Source: Mantamonas sphyraenae STR306
Lineage: Eukaryota; Protista; CRuMs
Reading direction: 5' to 3'
Length of the DNA: 64,000 bases
NCBI GenBank assembly: GCA_026936335.1
Contig: JAPMXV010000034.1
Span: 372,001-436,000 of the forward strand
Shown: one piece after another, positions 23,414-34,214 of the stretch
Layout: each line of letters begins with the position of its first letter
How positions within the stretch are numbered: the stretch's first letter is position 1
Notes under the pieces: generated by a model
Database searches by the model: none
Told to the model about the DNA's origin: nothing
What the model saw: the letters and a program-made list of their open reading frames with translations, nothing else
Program-made: the position numbers and the translations under genes

Positions 23414-26381
23414 TCATTGTTCGTCACGGGGTGTTCCTCCGTGCATGGAAAAGGCTGGTGCACTCGTCTTGCCGACGACAGCTTGGTCGTACGCGCCTGG
23501 GCCCGGGGTCTCCTCCCACGACTCTTTGATATGCGTTCGTGCAGAGAGGGAGTACGAGGGCCCGGATCGGGGCAGCTGCGGGTTGTAGGCACCCGGGGCT
23601 GGGGTCTCTTCAAAGGTCTGCTTGATGTGCGTGCGTCCCTTGAGGGTGGCTCCCTTGGTGGATCGCGGCGCCTCCACGTTGTACGCTCCCGGTGCCGGCG
23701 TGTCCTCGTACGTCTGCTTGATGTGCGTGCGTCCCTTCATGGAAAACGACGGCGCTCGCTTCTTCATCGAACCAAGGTTGCCGTTTGTGTCGTACGCACC
23801 CGGTCCAGGTTTGCTCACCGTCTCCTTGTCCAGCTCGTCATGCCGTCCCAGGAACGTCACAGCCTTGCCACGCGGCGACGCGTTCTCCACACTGTATGCG
23901 CCCGGACCCGGTGAGTCCTCGTACGTTTGCTTGATGTGGGTGCGTCCCTTGAGCGTGAAAGCGCCGGCCTTCTTTTTGCCAATCGACGAGTCGGGGTTGT
24001 AGGCACCGCTGCCGGGTGTCTCGTCCTTTGTCTCTTTGATGTAGTGGCGTCCTTTCATGGAGAAGGAGGGTGCGTTCTTCTTGCCTGCACCCTTGGCGTG
24101 TGCATCGTACGCTCCGGGTCCGGGTGCGTCTTCCCACGACTCTTTGATGTGTGTACGCGGCGAGAGGGAGTACGACGGGGCGCTGGAACGGCCAATGCGT
24201 GCATCGACGTTGTAGGCACCCGGGGCTGGGGTCTCTTCAAAGGTTTGTTTGATGTGGGTGCGTCCCTTGAGTGTGGCTCCCTTGTTGGATCGGGGCGCCT
24301 GGACGTTGTAGGCACCCGGGGCAGGAGTCTCCTCGTAGGTCTGCTTGATGTGGGTGCGCGACTTCATGGAAAAGGCGGGGGCTCGCTTCTTCATGGAGCC
24401 GAGGCCGGTGTTGGTGTCGTAGGCGCCGCTACCGGGTGTCTCGTCCTTGGTCTCCTTGATGTAGTGGCGACCCTGAAACGTAATGGCCTTGCCACGCGGA
24501 GATGAGTTCTCCACACTGTATGCGCCCGGGCCCGGTGAGTCCTCAAAGGTTTGCTTGATGTGGGTGCGTCCCTTGAGCGTGAAAGCGCCGGCCTTCTTTT
24601 TGCCAATCGACGAGTCGGGGTTGTAGGCACCGCTGCCGGGTGTCTCGTCCTTTGTCTCCTTGATGTAGTGGCGTCCCTTCATGGAGAAGGAGGGTGCGTT
24701 CTTCTTGCCCTTGGTGATGGACTGGGTGTCGTACGCTCCGGGTCCGGGTGCCTCCTCCCACGACTCTTTGATGTGAGTACGCGGCGAGAGGGAGTACGAC
24801 GGGGCGCTGGAGCGGCCAATGCGTGCATCGACGTTGTAGGCACCCGGGGCTGGGGTCTCTTCAAAGGTCTGCTTGATGTGCGTGCGTCCCTTGAGGGTGG
24901 CTCCCTTGGTGGATCGCGGCGCCTCCACGTTGTACGCTCCCGGTGCCGGCGTGTCCTCGTACGTCTGCTTGATGTGCGTGCGTCCCTTCATGGAAAACGA
25001 CGGCGCTCGCTTCTTCATCGAGCCAAGGTTGCCGTTTGTGTCGTACGCACCCGGTCCAGGTTTGCTCACCGTCTCCTTGTCCAGCTCGTCATGCCGTCCC
25101 AGGAACGTCACAGCCTTGCCACGCGGCGACGCGTTCTCCACACTGTATGCGCCCGGACCCGGTGAGTCCTCGTACGTTTGCTTGATGTGGGTGCGTCCCT
25201 TGAGCGTGAAAGCGCCGGCCTTCTTTTTGCCAATCGACGAGTCGGGGTTGTAGGCACCGCTGCCGGGTGTCTCGTCCTTTGTCTCTTTGATGTAGTGGCG
25301 TCCTTTCATGGAGAAGGAGGGTGCGTTCTTCTTGCCTGCACCCTTGGCGTGTGCATCGTACGCTCCGGGTCCGGGTGCGTCTTCCCACGACTCTTTGATG
25401 TGTGTACGCGGCGAGAGGGAGTACGACGGGGCGCTGGAGCGGCCAATGCGTGCATCGACGTTGTAGGCACCCGGGGCTGGGGTCTCTTCAAAGGTTTGTT
25501 TGATGTGGGTGCGTCCCTTGAGTGTGGCTCCCTTGTTGGATCGGGGCGCCTGGACGTTGTAGGCACCCGGGGCAGGAGTCTCCTCGTAGGTCTGCTTGAT
25601 GTGGGTGCGCGACTTCATGGAAAAGGACGGGGCGGACTTTTTGCTGCTTGCATGGGCATCGTACGCGCCAGGACCGACGGGATTGACGTCGACTGCGAGT
25701 GACAGGTGGCACAAGGGTTAGGTACATGAACGGGGAATGATGATGGGGCAATCGGGTGGCTGGTGCACATACCAGACATGTCCTTCAAGCGCCCGCCAAA
25801 GGAAAATGCAGGGGCAGACTTGAGGTGGGTTCGAACTTCGTGAGCGGAGTAGCTGCCAGGTCCTCCGCCGAGTTCCTCCTTGCTGTGGTCCTTGGTGCGA
25901 CCCTTGAGAGTGAATCCTCCACCGGTGAGAGTGGTCTTGGGCGAGTACTGCCCTGGACCAGGAAACTGGGCGGCCACTGTGTGGGGTTGGGTGTGGACGG
26001 GGTGGGGAAAAGGGGTGATGAGTGCCTTGTGTGCGAAAAGAGCCGTTGATGACGAAAGAGGAAAGAAGCCTCGTGGGCTGGGTAGACGATGCACCATGGC
26101 ATGGAAGCGCCATCCCGAGGTGGTACAGAGTGTTTGGCGGCGGTGGGAGGACACAGGTGCGCAGAGCATGTGTGCCGATCGAGAATCGGGCCGGGCTCGG
26201 GGAGCCTCGACGATTTTGAGGGGAGACCATCGAAACATCGGTGGTGCCCCCCCCCCCTTTTCTTTGTGCGTGGTTGTGACACGTGACGAAAACACAAAGT
26301 TTGCATGCAGTGTGTGGAGAAAGACTTACATCGTGCGGCACGACCCATCTTCTTCTTTGCAGTTTTCGCTTTGGCGGGCAT
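23414..26381 (-). CDS. SHIPPO-repeat (PGPGAY) axonemal protein, ODF3/STPG-like; exons 26381-26330, 25976-25773, 25692-23414
   Basis: More than 20 repeats of P(G/A)PGAY...AP(S/A)FS(M/L)KGR; two in-phase GT-AG introns. Confidence 0.88.
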
Positions 26382-26442
26382 GGTTGTGTTGGGTGGAGTG
26401 TGGGGCGCAGTGCAAGGCAACGATTGTTGGCAGGAGCGGTGG

Positions 26443-29400
26443 ATGACGACGAAACGACGGGCGTTGGCGACGCTGATCCGAAAAGGAGATGTCGATGGAG
26501 TGAGTGAAGCCATCGGGTCGCTGCAGACACTGAATCTGTGGGATTGCGGAGTGGACGCAGACGGGGCGAGGGTGCTTGCAAAGGCACTGAAACGCAACAA
26601 CTCGCTGCAAAGCATCCTTCTTGGTGAGAACAAGATTGGGGACGAGGGTACGGCGGCGTTGGTGGATGCACTGCTGGAAAGCGAGACGGTGCAGACGTTG
26701 GACCTGGGCAACAACTACATCACTGCAGAAGGAGGGGGTCACCTGCGGCACCTGCTGAAGCGGAATCGCAGCATGCATTCTGTGTTGTTGCGTAGCAATT
26801 CGTTGGGAGACGAGGGCACACGGTCGGTGGCAGAGGCGCTGTTTTTCAACCGCACGGTGCACACGCTGGACCTGAACAACAACGAAATCACGGCGGAGGG
26901 AGCGGAGCACTTGGCGTCTGCGATGGCAGATAATCATCGGGTGCAGACGGTGCTGCTGCGGAGCAACTCGCTGGGGGACCTGGGGACGCAGAAGCTGGCG
27001 GTGGCGCTGGAGACAAACGCCTCGTTGCAGCGGCTGGACCTGTGGAACAACGGGGTGGAAGAGGAGGGAACGGCAGCTGTGGAAGCGGTGCTGCACAAGT
27101 GCCCGTCGTTGACGAAAGTGCACGGGCTGGCGCTGTCGGAGGAGGCAAAGGCAGCGCTGGAGAAAAACAAGGAACGCTTGCGGCAACTGCACCTTGCAGC
27201 GCGGGCTGGTCACACGGAAGCGATCCATGCCATGCTGGACCGTGGCATGCACGTGGATGCACTCATGGACGGCTACACGCCGTTGCACACGGCAGCGCGT
27301 GCAGGGAACGAGGAGGGAGTCAGGGCGCTTCTTGCTCGCGGAGCGCACGTGCATCTGCGGGACGCGAACGGGCACACAGCGCTGTGGTGCGCGCTGGCGA
27401 GCACGCGACGAGGAGAAGTGAATGGAGGGCAGGTGAACTGCATGAATTTCCTGCTGGAATTCGGTGGCGATGTGAGCTTTGCGGCGCTGGAAACGGCGCT
27501 GGAGACACCCGGGTCGGCACAAGTGCTGGAACTTGTGCATCACGGCCTGGAGCTGAGCCCGCGGGTGATGGAGTTGATTGGACGTGATGCAGAGGCTGGA
27601 GGTGTGCCCACGGTGCGGTATGGGAGCCAAGAGGAACTGGAGGCGAGGTTGAATGAGGTGGAGAACCGGATGGAGGTGCGGGTTCTGCGGCTGGAGCAAG
27701 AGGACGAGGAGGCAGGGCCGTTTGAGCTGCCAGAGATGATTGCAGAGTGGCAAGGGATGAAAGTGCTGGATCTGCGGCAGTCTGGGGTGACGGTTTTGCC
27801 GCACTTGGCGTTTCCGAAGCTGGTGGGACTGAAGGTGCTGCTGCTGGAAAACGACGAGGCGCTGGACGATGTGCCTGGGTTTGTGGTGAAGAAGGGAGTG
27901 TCTGCGGTGCTGGAATACCTGGCACGGATGGACACGCCGTGGGAATGGGTGAACTGGATGGTGCTGGGACATGGAGGGCAGGGCAAGACGACGCTGATTG
28001 ACACGATGAAGCGGAACAGCTCGTGGGGCGAGTGGACAAAAGTGCTGTTCCGGCGGCGAATCCGCAAGCAGAGACTGAACGAGGAGAAGCGGACGACAGT
28101 GTCGACACACAGCATGGATGTGTATGAGTTCGATCTGAGGGATGTGCGGGTGCGCATCAGTGACTATGGCGGCCAGGCAGAGTACTGGGTGGGCCACCAG
28201 TACCTGTTGATGGGCCAGGGCGGGGTGTTTGTGCTGGTGGCATCGATGGTGGCGTGGGATGCGGTGGCAGGTGGGCACAGGGTGGACATGGAGGCAGCGC
28301 GCGGGGAGCTGGAGCTGTGGCTGGACATGGTGGCGAGCAAGGTGGCAAGCAAGGTGGCAGGGAAGAAAAAACCGCAGATTTGGTTTGTGGTGACACATGC
28401 AGACCTGGGAGAGAAGGTGACGGTGGGGGAGAGGATGGATCGGGAGGAGGGACGTGGGATGGTGCAAGGGTGGGTGCAGGGATGGCAGAAGAGCAAGCGG
28501 TACAAGCAGCTGCGTATGGATGTGGAGAGTGGTGTGTTTGTGTTGGATGGGGATGTGTGGAAGGGGAACGTGCAGGGGCTGTTGGGCAGTCTGGAGGAAG
28601 CGAGCGAGGCAGTGGCGAAAGAACGACTGGTGCCACGCGGGACGGTGGAGCTGCAGAAGTATGTGCAGGGACTGCGGGAAGGAGTGGGTCTGGAGAAGCC
28701 GTGGATGCGTGTGGAGGAACTGGAGGAGATGGTGAAGGGGAACGAGGAGATGGAGGAGCATTTTCCGAGCAAGAGCGGGCGGATCTTTGCGGCGTCGCTG
28801 GAGGAACTGCACCACCTGCAGGAGGTTGTGTGGCACAAGTCGGCAGGGCTGGTGGTGTTGGATCCTGTGTGGCTGGCGAAGCTGATGGGAGGGTTTGTGA
28901 GCGGGGCAGAGGTGGCGGGGCTGGACAAAGGGAAGCAGATTGCGGAGGGGAAGCACTTTGGGGTGGTGGAGTGGGATGATGGATTGCGAGAGCAGGTGAG
29001 GAGGCTGCACGTGGAGTTGGTGGGGGCGAGTGAGGGAGGGTCGTCCAGGTCGTCTATGGTGGGGGGGACGGAGGACGGGGAAGTGGCTGATGTGCTGTTG
29101 AACCTGCTGTGCGAGGTGGAGATGTGTGCACGGGTGGGCGAGAACCAGTTGATCTTTCCGTTTCTGCGGACGCTGGCACACAGTCTGCCGGGAGAGTGGA
29201 TGGGCGGGAACCGGTGCCGAGTGGGAAGGAGGTTTGTGTGGGTGGCGCGCAACAGGCAGGCAGAGGAGGAGGAGGAGGGTGAGGAAGAAGAGGAATGGCG
29301 TGAGGAGATGTGGCACATTTTGCCGCCTGCGCTGTTCAATCTGGTGCAGGTGCGTCTGATCCAGGCGTACCCGGAGGTGGTGGAGGAGGAATCTGTGTTT

Positions 29401-30114
29401 ACGAACGTGGTGGAGGTGTGGCCCGTGGACGCACCGTACATTGTGGCCGTTCACGAGCCTCATTCGCGGCACATTGACGTGGTGGTGGCCAACAGCACGT
29501 GGTCGGGGGTGGTGGAGGGTGTGGAGGCAGTGGAACGGCTTGTGCGACGTGTTGCGGGAGAGAGTGGACTGTGCGACGGGCTGGGGGACGCTCTGACATG
29601 CTACCCATTGTGTCATGCATGCCTGTCTGGGGACGATGTGGAGCGTGTGCTGTCGATGGAGTGGAGGCGACACGGACTGCGAGCGAGTGTGGAGAAGCTG
29701 GCGGCACTGGATGTGGAGATGAGCGGAGCGTGCCGGGTGGTGAAGACGAGTTTGAACAGGCAGTTGCTGCTGTATGGACGGGAAATGGAGGAGAGCAGCG
29801 TTGGGGAGATGCTGAGCGCTGTGGAAGAGCTCCGTGCGGAGCTGGGAAGCGTGCAGCGGGGCCAGGAGAAGATGAAAAAGGCAGTGAAGCTGCTTGGGAA
29901 GCAGTACCCTCGACTGATGAAGTGGCTGAACGAGAGCAACGGGAGTGTGGACGTGCTGAGCCAGCTGGACGCCGTGCGGGAGGAGCTGGGTCAGCTGCAG
30001 GCAAAGGGGAAGGAAATGCGAGGGGAGATGGTGAGGTTGGAAATGCGTGTGGAGGTGGGAGAGGAGGGAGGGTGGAGTGGAGCAGGGGGGGAGGAGGGAG
30101 GGGAGGAGGTGTGA
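26443..30114 (+). CDS. ROCO-family GTPase: RI-type LRRs, ankyrin repeats, short LRR, ROC, COR-like region and coiled coil; no kinase domain
   Basis: LxxLDLxxNxIxxEG 28-aa repeats; GYTPLHTAARAG; P-loop GHGGQGKTT, DYGGQAEY, VVTHAD; COR-like VVLDPVWL. ATG 26443 chosen because the longer ORF overlaps the divergent gene. Confidence 0.85.
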   Translation: MTTKRRALATLIRKGDVDGVSEAIGSLQTLNLWDCGVDADGARVLAKALKRNNSLQSILLGENKIGDEGTAALVDALLESETVQTLDLGNNYITAEGGGHLRHLLKRNRSMHSVLLRSNSLGDEGTRSVAEALFFNRTVHTLDLNNNEITAEGAEHLASAMADNHRVQTVLLRSNSLGDLGTQKLAVALETNASLQRLDLWNNGVEEEGTAAVEAVLHKCPSLTKVHGLALSEEAKAALEKNKERLRQLHLAARAGHTEAIHAMLDRGMHVDALMDGYTPLHTAARAGNEEGVRALLARGAHVHLRDANGHTALWCALASTRRGEVNGGQVNCMNFLLEFGGDVSFAALETALETPGSAQVLELVHHGLELSPRVMELIGRDAEAGGVPTVRYGSQEELEARLNEVENRMEVRVLRLEQEDEEAGPFELPEMIAEWQGMKVLDLRQSGVTVLPHLAFPKLVGLKVLLLENDEALDDVPGFVVKKGVSAVLEYLARMDTPWEWVNWMVLGHGGQGKTTLIDTMKRNSSWGEWTKVLFRRRIRKQRLNEEKRTTVSTHSMDVYEFDLRDVRVRISDYGGQAEYWVGHQYLLMGQGGVFVLVASMVAWDAVAGGHRVDMEAARGELELWLDMVASKVASKVAGKKKPQIWFVVTHADLGEKVTVGERMDREEGRGMVQGWVQGWQKSKRYKQLRMDVESGVFVLDGDVWKGNVQGLLGSLEEASEAVAKERLVPRGTVELQKYVQGLREGVGLEKPWMRVEELEEMVKGNEEMEEHFPSKSGRIFAASLEELHHLQEVVWHKSAGLVVLDPVWLAKLMGGFVSGAEVAGLDKGKQIAEGKHFGVVEWDDGLREQVRRLHVELVGASEGGSSRSSMVGGTEDGEVADVLLNLLCEVEMCARVGENQLIFPFLRTLAHSLPGEWMGGNRCRVGRRFVWVARNRQAEEEEEGEEEEEWREEMWHILPPALFNLVQVRLIQAYPEVVEEESVFTNVVEVWPVDAPYIVAVHEPHSRHIDVVVANSTWSGVVEGVEAVERLVRRVAGESGLCDGLGDALTCYPLCHACLSGDDVERVLSMEWRRHGLRASVEKLAALDVEMSGACRVVKTSLNRQLLLYGREMEESSVGEMLSAVEELRAELGSVQRGQEKMKKAVKLLGKQYPRLMKWLNESNGSVDVLSQLDAVREELGQLQAKGKEMRGEMVRLEMRVEVGEEGGWSGAGGEEGGEEV

Positions 30115-30156
30115 AAGGGCGGGGGAGAGGTGCGGAGGCTGGGGCAACGTGTGGCC

Positions 30157-32224
30157 ATGGCAAGAAAAGAGGGATTTGTGGACTTTTTCATTCGAGGGTT
30201 GGCCATTGTGGTGGTGATGGTGGGCCTGTACGTGCAGCTGTTTCACAGGACATACCAGTGCTCGGACGAGGATGTGATTTCGGAAAAGGCGTGGTACAAG
30301 TACAAGGTGGAGGCGTCGAAGCGCGGGGATATGAAGATCACGCAGCATTACATTCGCATGCCGGACGGGACGCGGTTGGCTGTGGACGTGTACTTGCCCG
30401 GAAAGTGGCAATGGGGCACTCGGTTGCCGACGATGTTGCACTTTACGCGGTACTACCGGACGTGGAGGATGCGCTGGCCGTTTTCGTTGTTTATGGATGC
30501 GCAGTATAATATGAGGTGGGTGGTGGGGTGGGGGGGGGGGGGGGGGGGGGGGGGAAGGCGGGGAGAGGGGAGGAGGGAGAGGGGCTGACACGGGCAATGG
30601 GGGGATTCGGGGGGGGGCGCGGTGAGACAGGACGCAAAAGTTTATCGACAAGTTTGTGTCGGCAGAGTACGCGTGGGTGACGGTGGACGTGCGCGGGACT
30701 GGGGCGAGCTCGGGGGTGCGGAAGGTGGACTTTTCGCGGGAAGAAGTTGCAGACTACCAACACATCCTGGCGTGGGTGGTGAAGCAAAAGTTTTGCAACG
30801 GAAAGGTGGGGAGCACAGGGATCAGCTATGACGGGATGGCGGCGATCGCACTTGCGGCAGGGCAGGAGGAGTCGTCTGGGTTTCGGCCGGTAAAGGCAAT
30901 TGCGCCGCTGTTCAGCCCGATTGACGTGTACGCTGACCTGCTGATGCCCGGAGGAGTGCCGTGCAAGGGGTTTGTGGGCGACTACACGGCGTTTACGTAC
31001 AACCTGGAGCGCGGGACGGTGAACAACATCACAGGGCTGCCGACGCTGCTGAACTTTATGATGAAGTACGTGCTGAACGGGCCGGGATCGGCCAAGGGGG
31101 AGGAAGTGAAGCTGAAGAAGGCGCTGAAGGAACACAAGGAGAACTGGGTGATGACGGAGTATCTGGACGCGCTGCCGAACCGGGATAGCACGTTCCTGCT
31201 CGGGGATCGGTCGGTGATGCACGTGGACCGGCTGTCGCCACACACGCAGGTGAGCAAGCTGGCACGGCTGGGAGTCAAGGTGTACTCTGTGTCTGGGTTC
31301 TACGACAGCGCGGCGGTGCGTGGGTCTGCACAGCTGGTGGGGACGGTGGGCGGAAGCAAGCTGACGATTGGGCCGTGGACACACGGGGCGCGGAAGAACG
31401 CGTCTCCGTTTTCGACCAAGGCAGGGGTGTGCTTCGACATGTACTCGGACCTGGTGCGGTTCTTTGACGCGGCACTGAAGGGCAAGGAGAACGGGGTGGA
31501 AAAGGAGAGCTCGGTGTACTACTACCTGATGGGCGCGGAGCAGTGGAAGAGCGCCAAGTCGTTTCCGCCGCCGAACGCACGGATGGAGCGGCTGTACGTG
31601 AGCCAGGATGGGCGATTGGCGACGGGGGTGCCTGCAGCAGGGGAGATTCGGCACGAGGTGGCGTACAACACGACGAGCGGGCGAGTGTCGCGGTGGAACC
31701 TGGTGCAGCACCTGTACGGGCTGGTGACGTCATACGAGGGGGTGGAAAAGGGTCTGGAGGGCGGGCTTGTGCTGGAGGGAGAGAGGCTGGAGAAGGAAAA
31801 GGCGATCGTCGGGGCGCCGTGGGTGCGGCTGCACTTGGGAAGCGAGACGGGAGACGCAATTGTGTTTGCGTACCTGCTGGACGTGGATCGAGAGGGGAAT
31901 GTGAAGTACATCACAGAGGGAGTGCTTCGTGCGGAACACCGCGTGGTGCAGAAGCAGTACCCGCATGGGATCTCGTGCAAGGGGTTCCCGTACAGGTCGT
32001 TCCTTGCACGCGATCGCCGTGTGCTGCCCCGAGAAGGAGATGAGATGGTGATTCACATGCAACCTGTGGCATACGAGGTGCCGCGGGGACACAGGGTGCG
32101 GCTGGTGCTGACCGGAGCGGACGTGGACAACTTTGGTACGCCAAGCGATTTCCGCGCACCTGCCGAGTGGAGGATCGGGGTGGGTGGAGGGAAGTCATGG
32201 GTAGAGGTGCCTGTGTTGAGATAG
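30157..32224 (+). CDS. CocE/NonD-family (peptidase S15-like) serine hydrolase with N-terminal membrane anchor; exons 30157-30515, 30631-32224
   Basis: YIRMPDGTRLAVDVYLP, VDVRGTGASSG, nucleophile GISYDG, IGPWTHG, C-terminal YITEGVLRA and GHRVRLVL. Confidence 0.9.
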
Positions 32225-32240
32225 GGGAGTAAAGTGGTGT

Positions 32241-32648
32241 TCATTTGTGGAGGGCGAGGGCGAGGGCTGAGCGGCGTGCTTGGACCTGGTCCATGAGACG
32301 AGAGGCGGCGGAAGAGGCACGAGGGGAGGAAAGGAGCATGAGCTGGCAGTTGATGCGGGCGCCGCGAAGAGTGAGGTCGCTGAGGCGGTGGAGGAGGCGA
32401 TCGGCATCGGAACAGGTTGCGCGAAAGGCGTCGGCGTAGGAGCGGATGTCGAGCTGGCGCTGGTCAGAGAGAGCGAGGAGGGAGTTGTGGGAGGGCGGGG
32501 AGGGCGGGCGTGAGGAAGGGGAGGATGGAAAGAGCATTTGCTTTTTTTGGGGTGGTTTGCTCGAAAGTTGAAGATCGAGCGAAGCGGAGGTTGAGTCGCG
32601 CGGTCGTTTGTTGGATGGTTGCGGGGATGTAGACGTAGGTGTGGACAT
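32241..32648 (-). CDS. Hypothetical small protein, about 135 aa (disordered N-terminus, helical C-terminus)
   Basis: Fills the gap between CocE and HRD1; amphipathic C-terminal half; start uncertain. Confidence 0.45.
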   Translation of the reverse strand: MSTPTSTSPQPSNKRPRDSTSASLDLQLSSKPPQKKQMLFPSSPSSRPPSPPSHNSLLALSDQRQLDIRSYADAFRATCSDADRLLHRLSDLTLRGARINCQLMLLSSPRASSAASRLMDQVQARRSALALALHK

Positions 32649-32926
32649 GAAGAGTGGGGGGGTGGACGGGGGGATGATGGCGATGAGGAGAAGGAGAAGG
32701 AGGAGGGTGGAGGCGATGAGGGTGGGGGGTGTTGTCGTTGGGGTGGATGGCGCAGTGTGGAGGAGAATGAAGAAAGGTGTGGATCCTGACATGGGCGGGG
32801 GAGGGAAGGAGAGCGGAAGAACGGGTAGGAGCGGGGAGGGCATGTAGTAGTCGGGTGGGAGGATGGGACTTGGCATGGGGGAGGGGGGGAGATTGGTGGG
32901 GGTGGCGCAGGCGGGGCCAAGAACGG

Positions 32927-34214
32927 ATGGTCGGGTTCGCCACATACGTGGGGGGTTCAGCGATACTGGCAGTGTCGGTGGTGGTGTCGGCGTATGCAAA
33001 CAAGGGCCACTTTTATCCGACGGTGGTCCACCTGGTGAACAGCAAGGGGAACCTGCTGGTAAGGGGGAGGAGGGGGAGGGAAATGAGGGTGGTGCTGACG
33101 CAAAGGGGTGGGTGGGTTGCAGGTGCTGGGACACTTTGTGCTGGTGTGTATGCTGGCCGGGGCAAAGATGGTGCAGCGAGTGTTTCTCGGAAAGCTGGGC
33201 GGGTTGGAAGGGGAGGTGGGTTGGGTGGGGTTTGAGATTTTTGAGTTTCCGTCCGGGAAGTGTGGGGCAGAGAGATGGAGAGGGAGGAGGGTGGTGGAGA
33301 GAGAGCGGGAGAGAGGGGAGAGGGAGAGAGTGGGAGAGAGGGGTTAGGAGGTGAACGGGAATGGAGGGTTGGGGCACTGACACGGGAGGTGGACGGTGAC
33401 GTCACGGCAGCAACTGGCGGGGCAAGTGAAGGTTTGGATCATGGAGACGCTGATTGCAATGACTGTGTTCCGATCGGACTTTACGGCGCGGTTTGTGTTT
33501 ATGTTTTTCGCGTTTCTGATTGTAAAGGGCCTGCACTGGCTGTGCAACGTGCGGGTGGACGCGATCGAACAGAGGCCGACGGTAAAGTGGAATGAGCACG
33601 CACGGCTGCTGGGACTGATGGTGGGGCTCGGGTGCGTGGACGGGATCGGGGTGGTTGTGTGTGGACACTGGACGTGGGCGTACGGCCCGTCGATGATGCT
33701 GTTGTTCCTGTTTGAGTCGCTGGCAATGTCGGGACTGGCGGTGTACTCTGTGCTGAAGTACATGATTGTGATGCGGGATTGGAACGCAGGCGGGAACTGG
33801 GACGACAAGTTTGCGTACAAGTTTTACGTGGAGCTGGGGCGGGACCTGTACCAGTTTGTGTTGTATATTGGGTTCTTTGCGACGATTGTGGTGTACTACG
33901 GGATGCCGATCCACATTATGCGGGAGCTGTATCTGACGTTTCAGAGCCTTCGGCAGCGGATTGTGGATCTGCTGCAGTATCTAGAGGCAACGCGGGACAT
34001 GAACAGCCGGTACGCGGATGCGACGGAGGAGGACCTGTGCGACGGGGTGCGGTGCTGCGTGTGCCAGTTTCAGATGCGGCACGGGCAGTCAAACACGCCG
34101 AAGAAACTGGGGTGTGGGCACATCATGCACATGCAGTGCTTGCGGCAGTGGATGGCGACGCGGCAGAGCTGCCCGCTGTGTCGGAGGAGTGTGTTGGAAG
34201 GGGAGGAGCGATGA
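32927..34214 (+). CDS. HRD1: ERAD E3 ubiquitin ligase HRD1/synoviolin, 342 aa; exons 32927-33058, 33123-33215, 33411-34214
   Basis: FYPTVVHL, ETLIAMTVFRSDF, KGLHWL..RVD, GMPIHIMRELY, YADATEEDL and RING-H2 CCVC..KKLGCGHIMH..CLRQW..RQSCPLCR. Confidence 0.92.

Noticed and set aside
26326-30651. 1441-aa antisense ORF (also 11561-14359, 34070-36331, 59034-63269)
   Set aside because: Antisense shadows caused by high GC3 and codon bias; His/Pro/Leu-rich with no domain motifs
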